Positions 31,047-41,395 of a stretch of 64,000 bases of DNA are shown one piece after another. The notes below the pieces were generated by a model that was not told the DNA's origin, did not search any database, and saw only the letters and a program-made list of their open reading frames with translations. Each line of letters begins with the position of its first letter. Positions within the stretch are counted from its first letter, which is position 1. This stretch comes from a plasmid. The position numbers and the translations under genes are program-made. The stretch lies in the NCBI RefSeq assembly GCF_056712565.1, contig NZ_JBWXXM010000004.1; one strand, written 5' to 3'.

Positions 31047-31231
31047 AAAACCGTAAAGCAAAGATTCTGTTAGTTCGTAGAAACGCTCCTGGCGTCTGGC
31101 AGTGGGTGAGACTCAGCAACCGACGGATGGGGTTGATGAAATATTACGGGATGATGGATTGTGGTTTTTGCAAAAAGCCCAGCGCGGCGCAAAACCGCTG
31201 GAAAAACCATTTGCGCACTAAAGGAGAGTGA
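31043..31231 (+). CDS. small basic protein with Cys pair
   Basis: 62 aa MKNRKAKILLVRR...; shares N- and C-terminal motifs with the upstream frameshifted copy. Confidence 0.4.
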   Translation: MKNRKAKILLVRRNAPGVWQWVRLSNRRMGLMKYYGMMDCGFCKKPSAAQNRWKNHLRTKGE

Positions 31232-31232
31232 T

Positions 31233-31748
31233 ATGGCGTTAACACACCGCGAACTCTGTCAAATTGCGTACAAGTTCCTTAAGCGCAACGGGTTCAAGGT
31301 TTGTTTTCATGACCGCTTTATAGCTGTAACCAGTACCGGAGAACAGCCAGATGCTATGGGGTTCAGAAATTCAGCATCATGCCTGATAGAGGCGAAGTGT
31401 TCTCGTGCTGACTTGTTGGCAGATAGAAAAAAGCGTTTCCGTAAAAATCCCTCACTTGGCATGGGCGACTGGCGATTCTTTATTAGTGAGCCGGGAATTA
31501 TTTCAATTGAGGATTTACCACCTGGCTGGGGATTACTTCACGTTGTTAACGGAAGAGTACGGAAAGTACATGGGTGGCCCAAGGGTAATTGCTGTTGGGG
31601 TAATCCTGACGATAAGCCATTTACTGGAAATAAGCAGGTTGAATGCGATTACATGTTATCTGCATTAAGGCGCATGGAGTTGAGAGGGCACCTTAATGAA
31701 ATATATGACGGTGTAATTGTTAATAAGAAAGAAGGAAACGCGGCATGA
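31233..31748 (+). CDS. PD-(D/E)xK nuclease-fold protein
   Basis: 171 aa from ATG 31233 (RBS AAGGAGAG); motif ..EQPDAMGF..(12)..LIEAKCS. Confidence 0.5.
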   Translation: MALTHRELCQIAYKFLKRNGFKVCFHDRFIAVTSTGEQPDAMGFRNSASCLIEAKCSRADLLADRKKRFRKNPSLGMGDWRFFISEPGIISIEDLPPGWGLLHVVNGRVRKVHGWPKGNCCWGNPDDKPFTGNKQVECDYMLSALRRMELRGHLNEIYDGVIVNKKEGNAA

Positions 31749-32944
31749 TCACTATTACCAAAGAGCGACTGCTGACAATCAAGCAGTGGCGCGAAACATA
31801 CGGACCTGGTAGCAACGTTGTACTGCCAGCAGAAGAAGCGGAAGAGCTGGCACGGATTGCTCTGGCATCGCTGGAAGCAGAACCGGTGGCATGGACTGAT
31901 GAAGAGGAACTGCGCGATGTCAGGAAGTATGGTTTCGGTGAGATATTTCAGTGTCCGCCAGATAAATATGCGGACCCGCGTCGTGTAATCTCGCTGTATC
32001 GCGAGCTGCCAGCACCGGTAGTGCCAGATGATTGGCAACTCGTACCTAAGAAAATAACACTGGAAATGGAATGTGCTCTATCAAAAGCTGATAGCTATGA
32101 AATTGGTTGGCTATGGGCATTGGCAGCCGCACCTAAATACGAAGTACAGAACGCTAAACGCGTGCAAAACGCGCTTAACGCCTGCCGCGCCGCCATGCTT
32201 CAGTCCGGAAACTTTCGGGAAAACAAGAATTCGTCAACCAATAATTTTCGGGAAATCGCGGAAACGTCAACCAACTATCCGGCAATTCCTAGTGAGGTGT
32301 TGTCCGCAATCCTGAAGGTTGCCAGGATTCGTGCCGATTTCGATGATTTTGACGGTGACAGGCGAGGTATCGGTGATTGTCTGGATGAGGCTGAGCAAGA
32401 GCTTATCGTTACCATTAACAAATATGCCAGTCAGTTGGCAGCAGAACCGATAGCGACTAATGACGTTCGAGAGCAGCAGACAGCCGTTCCGCCAGTTCCG
32501 GAAATACAGGATGATGTCGCGCAAGCAATTGAAAATCTCAAGCAGAAGTTAGTGGAATGCAATCGCTATAACTACTGCGCAGATGCAGTTAAAGGCGTAG
32601 AGGATGCCTGCCACGCTGCCATGCTTCAGGGTAGGGAACGCCTTGTTCTGGATGCCGCTACCAGAACCGCCGCAGGAGGCGAAATGATGGATGTAAAAGA
32701 GAAGGTTTTGCAGGTGATGCGTTCCCGGGCTGCCCTGCAAGATAAAGCTCTCGGCGGGGAATATCCATTCAGGATGGCAACCTGGAATCTGCGGTTGGCA
32801 ATGGAGAAGGAATTTCCTGATGAAGAATGGCGGTCGGCAGATTTGCGCAAAATTCTTATGGAGCTGGCTAAAGATGGAACAGTATCCAAAGATACCCATG
32901 CCAGCCGGATTGGTCAGGCGGTATGGAGACTGGAGGTGAGGTAA
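31745..32944 (+). CDS. hypothetical protein with internal repeat
   Basis: 399 aa; repeated segments NALNACRAAMLQSGNFRE and GVEDACHAAMLQGRE. Confidence 0.5.
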   Translation: MITITKERLLTIKQWRETYGPGSNVVLPAEEAEELARIALASLEAEPVAWTDEEELRDVRKYGFGEIFQCPPDKYADPRRVISLYRELPAPVVPDDWQLVPKKITLEMECALSKADSYEIGWLWALAAAPKYEVQNAKRVQNALNACRAAMLQSGNFRENKNSSTNNFREIAETSTNYPAIPSEVLSAILKVARIRADFDDFDGDRRGIGDCLDEAEQELIVTINKYASQLAAEPIATNDVREQQTAVPPVPEIQDDVAQAIENLKQKLVECNRYNYCADAVKGVEDACHAAMLQGRERLVLDAATRTAAGGEMMDVKEKVLQVMRSRAALQDKALGGEYPFRMATWNLRLAMEKEFPDEEWRSADLRKILMELAKDGTVSKDTHASRIGQAVWRLEVR

Positions 32945-33020
32945 TAAGCTGGCCTGAAGCATTTGCGATTGTAGGCGTAGCTATGGCGATTGCCGCTATT
33001 TTTATCTTCTGGGGGTAACG

Positions 33021-33254
33021 ATGGGAAAATTAACTTTTGTAGTCGAATTTGAGGATGGCAAAGAGCCACCTGTTAGCGCCAATCTTGATGTTGCTGGTGG
33101 CAGGCTGGTTTCGGTTCTATTTGGTGATTACCGCGACGACTTCTTTCAGCCTGAAGAAGTTGATGTAGTGCGAGAAGCATTAAACGAGCTAAGTGTTGAT
33201 AACGATGATGCTCATGCGGAAATCATCAAAAAAATGGAACTGCTAACTCACTAA
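33021..33254 (+). CDS. hypothetical acidic small protein
   Basis: 77-aa ORF. Confidence 0.4.
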   Translation: MGKLTFVVEFEDGKEPPVSANLDVAGGRLVSVLFGDYRDDFFQPEEVDVVREALNELSVDNDDAHAEIIKKMELLTH

Positions 33255-33302
33255 ATTATCAATTATGGTGCTATCACCTACGACACCGAGAGAAAATTTA
33301 TA

Positions 33303-33425
33303 ATGTCAAAAGTAAATGTTTTGATTTTTTCAGCAATTGTTGGCTTTGGTTTTACTGCCGGAGTGCAGATTTATATTACGTGGGAAAAAATCATCAACTA
33401 CGCATGGAGTTGTTTTATTAAGTGA
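33303..33425 (+). CDS. 40-aa hydrophobic peptide
   Basis: MSKVNVLIFSAIVGFGFTAGVQIYITWEKIINYAWSCFIK; weak RBS; below ORF-track cutoff. Confidence 0.25.
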   Translation: MSKVNVLIFSAIVGFGFTAGVQIYITWEKIINYAWSCFIK

Positions 33426-33431
33426 GGTAAG

Positions 33432-33726
33432 TATGTGGAGAGGTAATAATCATGGCAAAAGCCAGATGATACTTACCGAATATAAGCTAGACCACAAAAC
33501 CAATAAATCACGCTCAGTATATTTGCTCCGGCACAATAGCCGCGTAAGAAATACCGTGCTGGAACAAAATCTGACAGTTGAAATGGATAATTGCGGGGGA
33601 TTCAAGCCAACAATTTCGCTTGATGATTTTCCTCGTGGTTTAAGCGAAAGAGAAGCAATGCTGAAATTAGCAGAATGGCTACAAAGATTAAGCATTGCTA
33701 TTGAAGATAACTGGTCTGAACCTTAA
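33432..33726 (+). CDS. hypothetical protein
   Basis: 98 aa from ATG 33432 with GAGGT RBS; ORF-track frame opens at 33337. Confidence 0.4.
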
Positions 33727-33732
33727 ATTTAT

Positions 33733-34107
33733 ATGATGACACTAAAACATTTTCTTGACCGCCCATTATGGGCGGCAGCCGCAGGCTATGACTTTAATTA
33801 TATGGATTGCATGTCTTATACTGCCAATGCATACGACCATTCGTTCATCCTGCTGTTTAATTCTTTAAGAATATTGCCGGAAACAGAAGTTGGAGAGCTT
33901 CATTTATGGCTATTGGGCTTTATCGCGGCTGTCGTTGGTATTGCTGTATGGCCTTTTATTTTCTGGCTGGTGGCTGTTGTAGTGTGGTTTAAGTGCAAGA
34001 CATACCGGAAAAAGTATTTCTTAGGTGATGGAATGACTGATATTGCCAAAATGAACATTGAAGAATGGACTAAGGAATGTGAAAAGAAATGGCGCAAAAA
34101 GAAATGA
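33733..34107 (+). CDS. membrane protein (two TM segments)
   Basis: 124 aa; LWLLGFIAAVVGIAVWPFIFWLVAVVVWF. Confidence 0.45.
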   Translation: MMTLKHFLDRPLWAAAAGYDFNYMDCMSYTANAYDHSFILLFNSLRILPETEVGELHLWLLGFIAAVVGIAVWPFIFWLVAVVVWFKCKTYRKKYFLGDGMTDIAKMNIEEWTKECEKKWRKKK

Positions 34108-34739
34108 CCAGAATCACTGAAGAGCGCATATCAGAGATTATTTCCCGTATCGAAATGTATGGTCACGGTGCTGGATATACGGCAGATGAAGTATTGGAAA
34201 TAGCCCAGCAGATGCTGGCCTTGAGACAAAAAGAGCAACATGAAAGTAATACGTGTAGATTGAATTTTGAGCATTGGCTGGAACAGCAACGCGGAAAAAT
34301 CGATGTGGACTGTGGTTGTGTGTCCACTGAAACATTCATGCACTGGCTGCGGGTAGCTTACGAGGCTGGCAACTATCCGGATATTCCGGATAGTTCGGTG
34401 CCAGCGCCAGGAAAGGGCGTCACCGGTGAACGTATCCGCATTAAGCCGCATGTTTATCGCGAACTGGTTAACCGTCTCCACGATACAGCGATCAAGTGTG
34501 CTGGCACCCAGCAATTACGAGAAAGAATTAGCCGTGTTTTGGGCGACGTTATTACACCAGATCATCATAAACAAGCCGAGAAAAGTGACCTGGAAAGGTG
34601 TCACCTTGAGGCGGCATTAAACATTAAGCCGGGGCATACGCTTGGCATTATTGATGCACTATTGGTTCATAAGATGGCCAGGGCTTTATTGCCGCTGGTG
34701 GCTGAAAAGCATGAGGTGGACCATGCCAACGAAAGCTGA
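34089..34739 (+). CDS. hypothetical protein
   Basis: 216-aa ORF. Confidence 0.45.
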   Translation: MAQKEMTRITEERISEIISRIEMYGHGAGYTADEVLEIAQQMLALRQKEQHESNTCRLNFEHWLEQQRGKIDVDCGCVSTETFMHWLRVAYEAGNYPDIPDSSVPAPGKGVTGERIRIKPHVYRELVNRLHDTAIKCAGTQQLRERISRVLGDVITPDHHKQAEKSDLERCHLEAALNIKPGHTLGIIDALLVHKMARALLPLVAEKHEVDHANES

Positions 34740-35006
34740 ATTACAGGTGCGCGTAGATGAGCTGAAAAAGAGAACGCGAGCCTCAAAAAAATGCTGTCGC
34801 GGGCGGAAAGGGAATTATCAGGCAAATTATTGCCAGAAGAACTGCCACCAGCAGATATACTAGATCGAGTGTCCCAGTGGATGAAGTCTTTTGGTTTACC
34901 GTGGGAGGCTTTTTGGTGCTACGACCATCGCAGATGGTGTGATGAACTTGATAGCAATTTTCCCTACTTTGCGGAAGGGAACACCTGCCCTCAATGCAGG
35001 GGATAG
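34729..35006 (+). pseudogene. small coiled-coil / Cys-containing protein split by frameshift at an A-run
   Basis: Frame 1 MPTKAELQVRVDELKK.. and frame 2 ..ENASLKKMLSRAERELSGK..CPQCRG join into one about 93-aa protein if one extra A is present at 34771-34775. Confidence 0.3.
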
Positions 35007-35341
35007 CATTTGACGAAATCGATCACCCTATCCTGAACTTCAGAAAGAAGGTCTTTTTCACGCGCCAGGACGTCAGGATATTGACGTTCTGGCCTTACCA
35101 GATGCCGGAGCTTCCCATTAAGCAGAATGGCCTCAGAAAACACTTTTACGCTGTGCTTTATCCCCTCTGTTTCACTTTTCAGCGTCAAAATAAAGCGCAA
35201 TTGCTTATTAGCCTGATTCGGATTCAATACACGAATTTGCAGTTCGTCTATGCTGTTTCGCAATGGGATTGATGCCACCACACTGGTGCAGTCTCTGATT
35301 GTCTGAATTGAACGGCTAACATTGAGAACGTTATTGTGCAT
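34991..35341 (-). CDS. hypothetical protein on opposite strand
   Basis: 116-aa ORF with balanced composition, convergent with upstream plus-strand genes; no strong RBS. Confidence 0.3.
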   Translation of the reverse strand: MHNNVLNVSRSIQTIRDCTSVVASIPLRNSIDELQIRVLNPNQANKQLRFILTLKSETEGIKHSVKVFSEAILLNGKLRHLVRPERQYPDVLAREKDLLSEVQDRVIDFVKCYPLH

Positions 35342-35373
35342 GTGCCTGATCCACTAACTCCTGGAGGTTTCTT

Positions 35374-35625
35374 GTGTCAGATCGAAATATAGCAGCTAAA
35401 AGCCAGGAAGAGCGAGACAAGGTGAACGTAGACCTTGCCGCCAGCGGCGTTGCTTACAAAGAACGGCTGAATATACCTGTGATTGCAGAGCAGGTGGCCC
35501 GTGAGCAACCGGAAAACCTGCGCGCCTATTTCATGGAACGGCTACGGCACTACCGGCAGTTAAGCCTCCAGTTGCCAAAAGGGAGCGATCCGGTGTATCA
35601 GAACGAGGATGCACCAAAAAAATAA
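35374..35625 (+). CDS. hot: DNA polymerase III theta-subunit homolog (HolE-like)
   Basis: 83 aa from GTG with GGAGG RBS; [43 protein letters not shown] matches HolE. Confidence 0.8.
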   Translation: MSDRNIAAKSQEERDKVNVDLAASGVAYKERLNIPVIAEQVAREQPENLRAYFMERLRHYRQLSLQLPKGSDPVYQNEDAPKK

Positions 35626-35712
35626 CGGCAAGATGGGGGAGAAATGTGATTAGCCCCCAGCGTGGCGCGCCTACAAACCCCGCTTTCACAAACTATGCCT
35701 TTTCAATGTATA

Positions 35713-35728
35713 CTGTATGAATAAACAG
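35713..35728. promoter_or_regulatory. LexA box (SOS operator) upstream of humD
   Basis: CTGTATGAATAAACAG fits CTGT-N8-ACAG, about 20 bp before the humD start. Confidence 0.75.
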
Positions 35729-35748
35729 TATCATTGAGGTAAAACGCT

Positions 35749-36138
35749 ATGGGCTTCCCTTCTCCTGCGGCGGATTATGTTGAAAGCCGAATTTCTCTTG
35801 ATCAGCAGATAATTAGACATCCATCAGCAACCTACTTCATGCGGGCAGCTGATAGCCATCACCGTGAGGGAATATTGCAGGGTGCTTTGCTGGTGGTTGA
35901 TTCTTCGCTTACTCCAGTTGATGGTTCGCTGCTTGTGTGCGCTATGGAGGGTGAATATCGCATAAAGAGATACAGGAAGTATCCGCGCCAGCACCTGGAG
36001 GATTTAAGCACCGGGAAGAAAGAGGCGTTACCAGTAGATGACGATGGATGCACGGGCAGTAATGCTGTTTTTGGTGTGATCACTCATGTCATCAATGATG
36101 CCCGAAGTGGGGAGTTTGATGATTGTCCGGTTATTTAA
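35749..36138 (+). CDS. humD: UmuD-like SOS mutagenesis protein
   Basis: 129 aa; LexA/UmuD-type self-cleaving fold (CAMEGEYRIKRY); preceded by LexA box. Confidence 0.75.
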   Translation: MGFPSPAADYVESRISLDQQIIRHPSATYFMRAADSHHREGILQGALLVVDSSLTPVDGSLLVCAMEGEYRIKRYRKYPRQHLEDLSTGKKEALPVDDDGCTGSNAVFGVITHVINDARSGEFDDCPVI

Positions 36139-36210
36139 GCTGCAAAGGGCTGGTGCTTTATGCCTGTGAGGTTTATAATTGTGTACACATAACGAGTACA
36201 CGAGGTGTTT

Positions 36211-36432
36211 ATGCAATCCATTAACTTCCGTACCGCGCGCGGCAACCTTTCTGAAGTGCTCAACAATGTTGAAGCCGGGGAAGAGGTTGAAATCACCCGC
36301 AGAGGCCGTGAGCCAGCAGTAATTGTCAGCAAGGCTACTTTCGAAGCCTACAAAAAAGCGGCGCTGGATGCTGAATTTGCATCCCTGTTTGACACCCTGG
36401 ACTCCACCAACAAGGAACTGGTTAACCGATAA
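36211..36432 (+). CDS. phd: Phd antitoxin
   Basis: [49 protein letters not shown], 73 aa. Confidence 0.9.
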
Positions 36433-36812
36433 TGAGGCATATATCACCGGAAGAACTTATTGCGCTTCATGATGCGAATATAAGCCGCTACGGCGGCCTG
36501 CCTGGCATGTCAGATCCGGGCAGGGCAGAGGCCATTATCGGGAGAGTTCAGGCCAGAGTTGCCTACGAAGAGATCACCGACCTTTTCGAAGTCTCCGCCA
36601 CCTACCTGGTGGCTACAGCGAGAGGGCATATATTCAATGATGCCAATAAGCGTACCGCGCTAAACAGCGCGCTGCTATTTCTACGCCGTAACGGGGTGCA
36701 GGTATTTGATTCACCTGAACTGGCAGACCTTACTGTAGGCGCTGCGACTGGCGAGATATCTGTATCTTCTGTCGCCGACACGTTACGTAGATTGTATGGT
36801 TCTGCGGAGTAG
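36432..36812 (+). CDS. doc: Doc toxin (Fic-fold kinase)
   Basis: 126 aa; start overlaps phd stop; Doc motif [23 protein letters not shown]. Confidence 0.9.
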
Positions 36813-36816
36813 ATTA

Positions 36817-36996
36817 ATGGCACGCAAATACAACAAATTGTCCCTTGAAGCGTTAAAGATGCTTCTTGATGGCGTGAGTCGCCGCAAGGTAAAGCAATAC
36901 CTGGTTGGTAAGCAAATTGGAGTCAGGACCGCTATTGCTGTGTTATGCCGTCAGGAAATGGTTGTGCTTAAACAGAGAATGCCGGGCAGCAGATAA
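36817..36996 (+). CDS. hypothetical small basic protein
   Basis: 59 aa from ATG 36817 (GGAG RBS). Confidence 0.35.
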   Translation: MARKYNKLSLEALKMLLDGVSRRKVKQYLVGKQIGVRTAIAVLCRQEMVVLKQRMPGSR

Positions 36997-37023
36997 AGCC
37001 CAATCAGTGATTAAAGGTGTGAT

Positions 37024-38067
37024 GTGAAAGCCGTAATTACTCCCTTTGTACAGAAAGAGCTTGGCCTCGCCACGTTCAAAGTGGATCAGGAGGTCAGAAA
37101 ACTGGTGGAGGCTGGCCGTAAATTTATCATGGAGCCGGTGCCGCGTGAGTTAATCGAGCACATGGAAGACGGCCTCGTTGTTACCGAGCAAACCATGGCA
37201 ACAAATGAGGCGTTGCAGCCGTTTTTTAACAGCGATGAACTGTTTCGCCGTATTGGTGGAATTGACGCGCTGGTGGCGTGGTTGCGTAGGAAAGAGGGTC
37301 AATGCCAGGCCGCAGATCGTAGTTGGTGTGACAACCATATTGTCCACGCTGAACGAGACAATAGCGCGGTGTTGTTGTGCTGGCATCACGATAACCATTA
37401 CCGGATGCGTGGTTTTAATGAGCTGAAAGAAACGCTGCACAATAATCGCGTTAACTGGATACTGGATGTCGCCCGTCAGGAAATGGGCCTTTCAAATAGC
37501 CATGATTTAAGTATTCAGGAGCTGTGCTGGTGGGCTTTCATGCGCAACATGATGCACCTGATGCCGGAAGAAGTCTGCCGCATATCAATAAATAAGATGA
37601 AGGCTACTCCGCAGGATAGCGGACCTCTGAAAGAGGCGGATATTCGCCCGTATGACGATCGCGCTACAGCATATGTTCAGATGATGGAAGAACGCGCCGC
37701 GCCGATGCGTGCAAAAGTATGCCCTGTGGATGTTGACTCCGACCCAGGTATGGCGCATTTCAAAATACCAAAACTTCAATCGCTAAAATTGCCCGAGTAC
37801 ATGGACTTTGTGGCTTCCCGTCCATGCTGTGGCTGTGGAGCTGCGGGAGCTGGCGCTCACATTACGCCTTATATCGTTCGTCATAGTCGATTATGCGCGC
37901 ATGACATTTATGCTATTCCTCTGTGCCAGTCATGCCAGCGTGATATTGAGCGTGACCGCGATAATTGGGAGAAGACGCACGGTAGGCTGGCGATGCATCA
38001 ACGATTGTTCTTTGATTACGCGCTTGGAGTCGGCGCTATCACAAGTCACTCGTCGAGCGTTAGATAA
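37024..38067 (+). CDS. hypothetical protein with C-terminal Cys/His cluster
   Basis: 347-aa ORF; [18 protein letters not shown]. Confidence 0.5.
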   Translation: MKAVITPFVQKELGLATFKVDQEVRKLVEAGRKFIMEPVPRELIEHMEDGLVVTEQTMATNEALQPFFNSDELFRRIGGIDALVAWLRRKEGQCQAADRSWCDNHIVHAERDNSAVLLCWHHDNHYRMRGFNELKETLHNNRVNWILDVARQEMGLSNSHDLSIQELCWWAFMRNMMHLMPEEVCRISINKMKATPQDSGPLKEADIRPYDDRATAYVQMMEERAAPMRAKVCPVDVDSDPGMAHFKIPKLQSLKLPEYMDFVASRPCCGCGAAGAGAHITPYIVRHSRLCAHDIYAIPLCQSCQRDIERDRDNWEKTHGRLAMHQRLFFDYALGVGAITSHSSSVR

Positions 38068-38068
38068 A

Positions 38069-38085
38069 ATTGCTCTAATGTATTG
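38069..38085 (+). promoter_or_regulatory. C1-operator-like site upstream of lpa
   Basis: ATTGCTCTAATGTATTG. Confidence 0.5.
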
Positions 38086-38155
38086 CTATTTCTTTAATCG
38101 AGGGTATTATATTCCACGTTGATTAGTTGACATGGGCTAATCAGTAGGTGACAGG

Positions 38156-38608
38156 ATGTTACTTAACTGGCAGGGACGCCACTTCATGGAAATAAATCAC
38201 TCACGAATAACATCGTACGAGATTGCGGATTACATGATCCGCACTAAATCTCTTCTATCAGCGAAAGAACTCGCAGCAATTCTTGAAAAGGAATACCCGC
38301 ATCTGGATGTCGATAAGCGCGATGTTTATCTGCGCTTAAAGGCTATCGCTGTGTCTAAGTATTCGTCTGTTTTGATTGATGACAGTACACGCCCACGTAG
38401 ATTTCAGATCCACTCTCTGAATCCTGAATTCTTTCGCCGCAGCCGCGCTCCGCGCCGGTTTGATGAAAAACTCCAGAACGAACTCTATATGACGCAGGAC
38501 GAAAAGGAACGCCGGGAGCACCAGCCTTGGGTGATGGCGCGTCAACTTTTCAATAAGGTGGTCCGTCAGCACCGTCATTACGGTAATGCCACATCCGCAC
38601 GTATCTGA
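38156..38608 (+). CDS. lpa: late promoter activator-like protein
   Basis: About 140-150 aa ORF between operator and pacA, matching the P1 lpa position; alternative start 38186. Confidence 0.55.
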   Translation: MLLNWQGRHFMEINHSRITSYEIADYMIRTKSLLSAKELAAILEKEYPHLDVDKRDVYLRLKAIAVSKYSSVLIDDSTRPRRFQIHSLNPEFFRRSRAPRRFDEKLQNELYMTQDEKERREHQPWVMARQLFNKVVRQHRHYGNATSARI

Positions 38609-38694
38609 TTGATTGCTTGCCCGTTCCGGGCCTTTTGACATGTGACTTTCGTTACCCTCGCGTCAAAAAGAGTTTTATACGAAAGGAAGCATAA

Positions 38695-39887
38695 GTGACC
38701 TGGGACGATCACAAGAAGAATTTTGCTCGCCTGGCGCGAGATGGTGGTTACACCATCGCACAATATGCCGCCGAGTTTAATCTCAACCCAAACACCGCAC
38801 GTCGTTATCTCCGTGCATTCAAAGAAGACACCGGAACAGCGGACAGCCGTAAGCCAAATAAGCCTGTCAGAAAACCACTAAAAAGCATGATCATTGATCA
38901 CGCTAATGATCAACGTGCAGGTGATCACATTGTGGCTGAAATGGCTGAAAAACAAAGAGTTAATGCTGTTGTCAGTGCCGCAGTCGAGAACGCGAAGCGC
39001 CAGAATAAGCGCATAAATGATCGTTCTGATGATCATGACGTGATCACCCGCGCCCACCGGACCTTACGTGATCGCCTGGAACGCGACACCCTGGATGATG
39101 ATGGTGAACGCTTTGAATTCGAAGCTGGCGATTACCTGATAGATAACGTTGAAGCGCGGAAGGCCGCGCGCGCTATGTTGCGTCGGTCCGGGGCTGATGT
39201 TCTGGAAACCACTCTTCTGGAAAAGTCTCTCTCTCATCTCCTTATGCTGGAGAACGCCAGGGATACGTGTATTCGCTTGGTTCAGGAAATGCGCGATCAG
39301 CAAAAAGACGATGATGAAGGAACTCCGCCTGAATACCGTATCGCGAGCATGCTAAACAGCTGTTCCGCGCAGATAAGCAGCCTGATCAACACCATTTACA
39401 GCATCCGGAATAACTATCGAAAAGAAAGCCGGGAGGCGGAAAAGCACGCTTTGTCTATGGGGCAAGCTGGCATTGTAAGCTGGCATACGAACGAAAGCGT
39501 GAAAACAACTGGTCAGTGCTGGAGGCAGCTGAATTCATCGAGGCGCATGGAGGGAAAGTACCGCCCCTGATGCTGGAGCAAATCAAAGCCGATCTGCGTG
39601 CTCCTAAGACCAATACCGATGATGAGGAAAGGCAAACAGCCGTCGGTGGCCCTTCTCTTGAAGATCTGGACAAAGTTGCGCGAGAACGGGCCGCCAACCG
39701 CCGCGCCGATGCCGCATTGTGGATTGAGCAGCGTAGGGAAGAAATCGCCGATATCGTTGATACAGGCGGTTATGGAGATGTTGATACTGAAGGTGTATCA
39801 AACGACCCATGGCTGGAACAAGACCTGGACGAAGACGAGGAGGAAGACGAAGAAGTTACCCGCAAGCTATACGGGGATGATGATTAA
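38695..39887 (+). CDS. pacA: PacA small terminase subunit, reading frame interrupted near 39450
   Basis: Frame 1 (38695-39570) and frame 0 (to 39887) join seamlessly if the TTT run at 39450-39452 were TTTT; reconstructed length 397 aa. Confidence 0.7.
38888..39046. other. pac: pac packaging site (4 + 3 TGATCA/G hexamers)
   Basis: TGATCA at 38888, 38895, 38907, 38922 and TGATCG/TGATCA at 39018, 39030, 39041 inside pacA. Confidence 0.75.
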
Positions 39888-41371
39888 TGGCCAGAAGTTG
39901 CGTAACGGATCCACGTTGGCGCGAGCTGGTGGCGCTATATCGTTATGACTGGATTGCTGCCGCTGATGTTTTGTTCGGCAAAACACCTACCTGGCAGCAG
40001 GATCTGATTATTGAGTCTGTGCAGGAACAGGGTAGCAAGACATCTGTTTCGTCTGGTCACGGTACCGGGAAATCAGACATGACTTCTATCATGATCATGT
40101 TGTTCATAATCATGTATCCAGGTGCCCGTGCCATTATCGTTGCGAACAAAATTCAGCAGGTAATGACCGGTATATTCAAGTACATCAAGATAAACTGGGC
40201 TACTGCCACCAGCCGTTTCCCATGGCTTGCTGATTATTTTGTTCTGACAGAAACCGCTTTCTATGAGATTACTGGTAAAGGTGTATGGACTGTAGTACCG
40301 AAGGGCTTTCGTCTGGGAAGTGAAGAAGCTCTCGCCGGTGAACACGCAGATCATCTTCTGTATATTATCGATGAAGCCTCCGGTGTCAGTGATAGAGCTT
40401 TCGGTATCATCACCGGTGCTCTTACCGGACAGGATAACCGCATCTTATTGCTGTCACAGCCTACACGCCCAAGCGGCTATTTCTACGATACACACCATAA
40501 ACTGGCCAAGCGTCCTGGTAACCCTGATGGCGTTTATACGGCGATCACGCTTAACAGTGAGGAATCACCGTTGGTAACGCCAGCATTTATCAAAATGAAG
40601 CTGGCGGAGTACGGCGGGCGTGATAACCCTATGTACATGATTAAGGTACGCGGCCTATTCCCTAAATCACAGGATGGCTTCCTTCTTGGACGTGATGAGG
40701 TTGAACGTGCGACGCGGCGGAAAGTCAAGATTGCCAAAGGATGGGGCTGGCTTGCATGTGTGGACGTTGCTGGTGGTACGGGACGGGATAAGTCCGTTAT
40801 CAATATCATGATGGTGTCCGGCCAGAGAAATAAACGCCGTGTAATCAACTATCGAATGCTGGAATACACAGACGTTACAGAAACGCAGCTTGCCGCCAAA
40901 ATTTTCGCAGAATGTAATCCTGAGCGATTCCCAAATATCACCATAGCGATAGACGGCGATGGGCTGGGTAAAGCAACGGCGGATCTGATGTACGAGTATT
41001 ATGGTATTACCGTACAGCGTATACGCTGGGGTAAAAAGATGCATAGCCGTGAAGATAAGAGCCTGTACTTTGATAAACGTGCTTATGCCAACGTTCAAGC
41101 CGCAGAGGCCGTAAAATCTGGTCGTATGAGACTGGATAAGGGTAATGAAACTATTGAGGAAGCGTCGAAAATCCCTGTAGGGATTAACTCCGCAGGTCAA
41201 TGGAAGGTGATGAGTAAGGAGGATATGAAGAAAAAACTCAACCTGCACTCACCAGACCATTGGGATACATATTGTTTCGCTATGCTGGCGGATTATGTTC
41301 CCCAGGATGAAGTGCTTAGCGTCGAAGACGAAGCGCAGGTTGATGAAGCTCTGGCATGGCTTAATGAATAA
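39887..41371 (+). CDS. pacB: PacB large terminase subunit
   Basis: 494 aa downstream of pacA with overlapping stop/start. Confidence 0.8.
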   Translation: MARSCVTDPRWRELVALYRYDWIAAADVLFGKTPTWQQDLIIESVQEQGSKTSVSSGHGTGKSDMTSIMIMLFIIMYPGARAIIVANKIQQVMTGIFKYIKINWATATSRFPWLADYFVLTETAFYEITGKGVWTVVPKGFRLGSEEALAGEHADHLLYIIDEASGVSDRAFGIITGALTGQDNRILLLSQPTRPSGYFYDTHHKLAKRPGNPDGVYTAITLNSEESPLVTPAFIKMKLAEYGGRDNPMYMIKVRGLFPKSQDGFLLGRDEVERATRRKVKIAKGWGWLACVDVAGGTGRDKSVINIMMVSGQRNKRRVINYRMLEYTDVTETQLAAKIFAECNPERFPNITIAIDGDGLGKATADLMYEYYGITVQRIRWGKKMHSREDKSLYFDKRAYANVQAAEAVKSGRMRLDKGNETIEEASKIPVGINSAGQWKVMSKEDMKKKLNLHSPDHWDTYCFAMLADYVPQDEVLSVEDEAQVDEALAWLNE

Positions 41372-41395
41372 CTCATTGACCATGCCGGATGGAAA

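Noticed and set aside
34994-35272. 92-aa plus-strand ORF after the frameshifted small gene
   Set aside because: Phe/Tyr/Leu-rich composition with no RBS; the oppositely oriented 116-aa frame is more protein-like.
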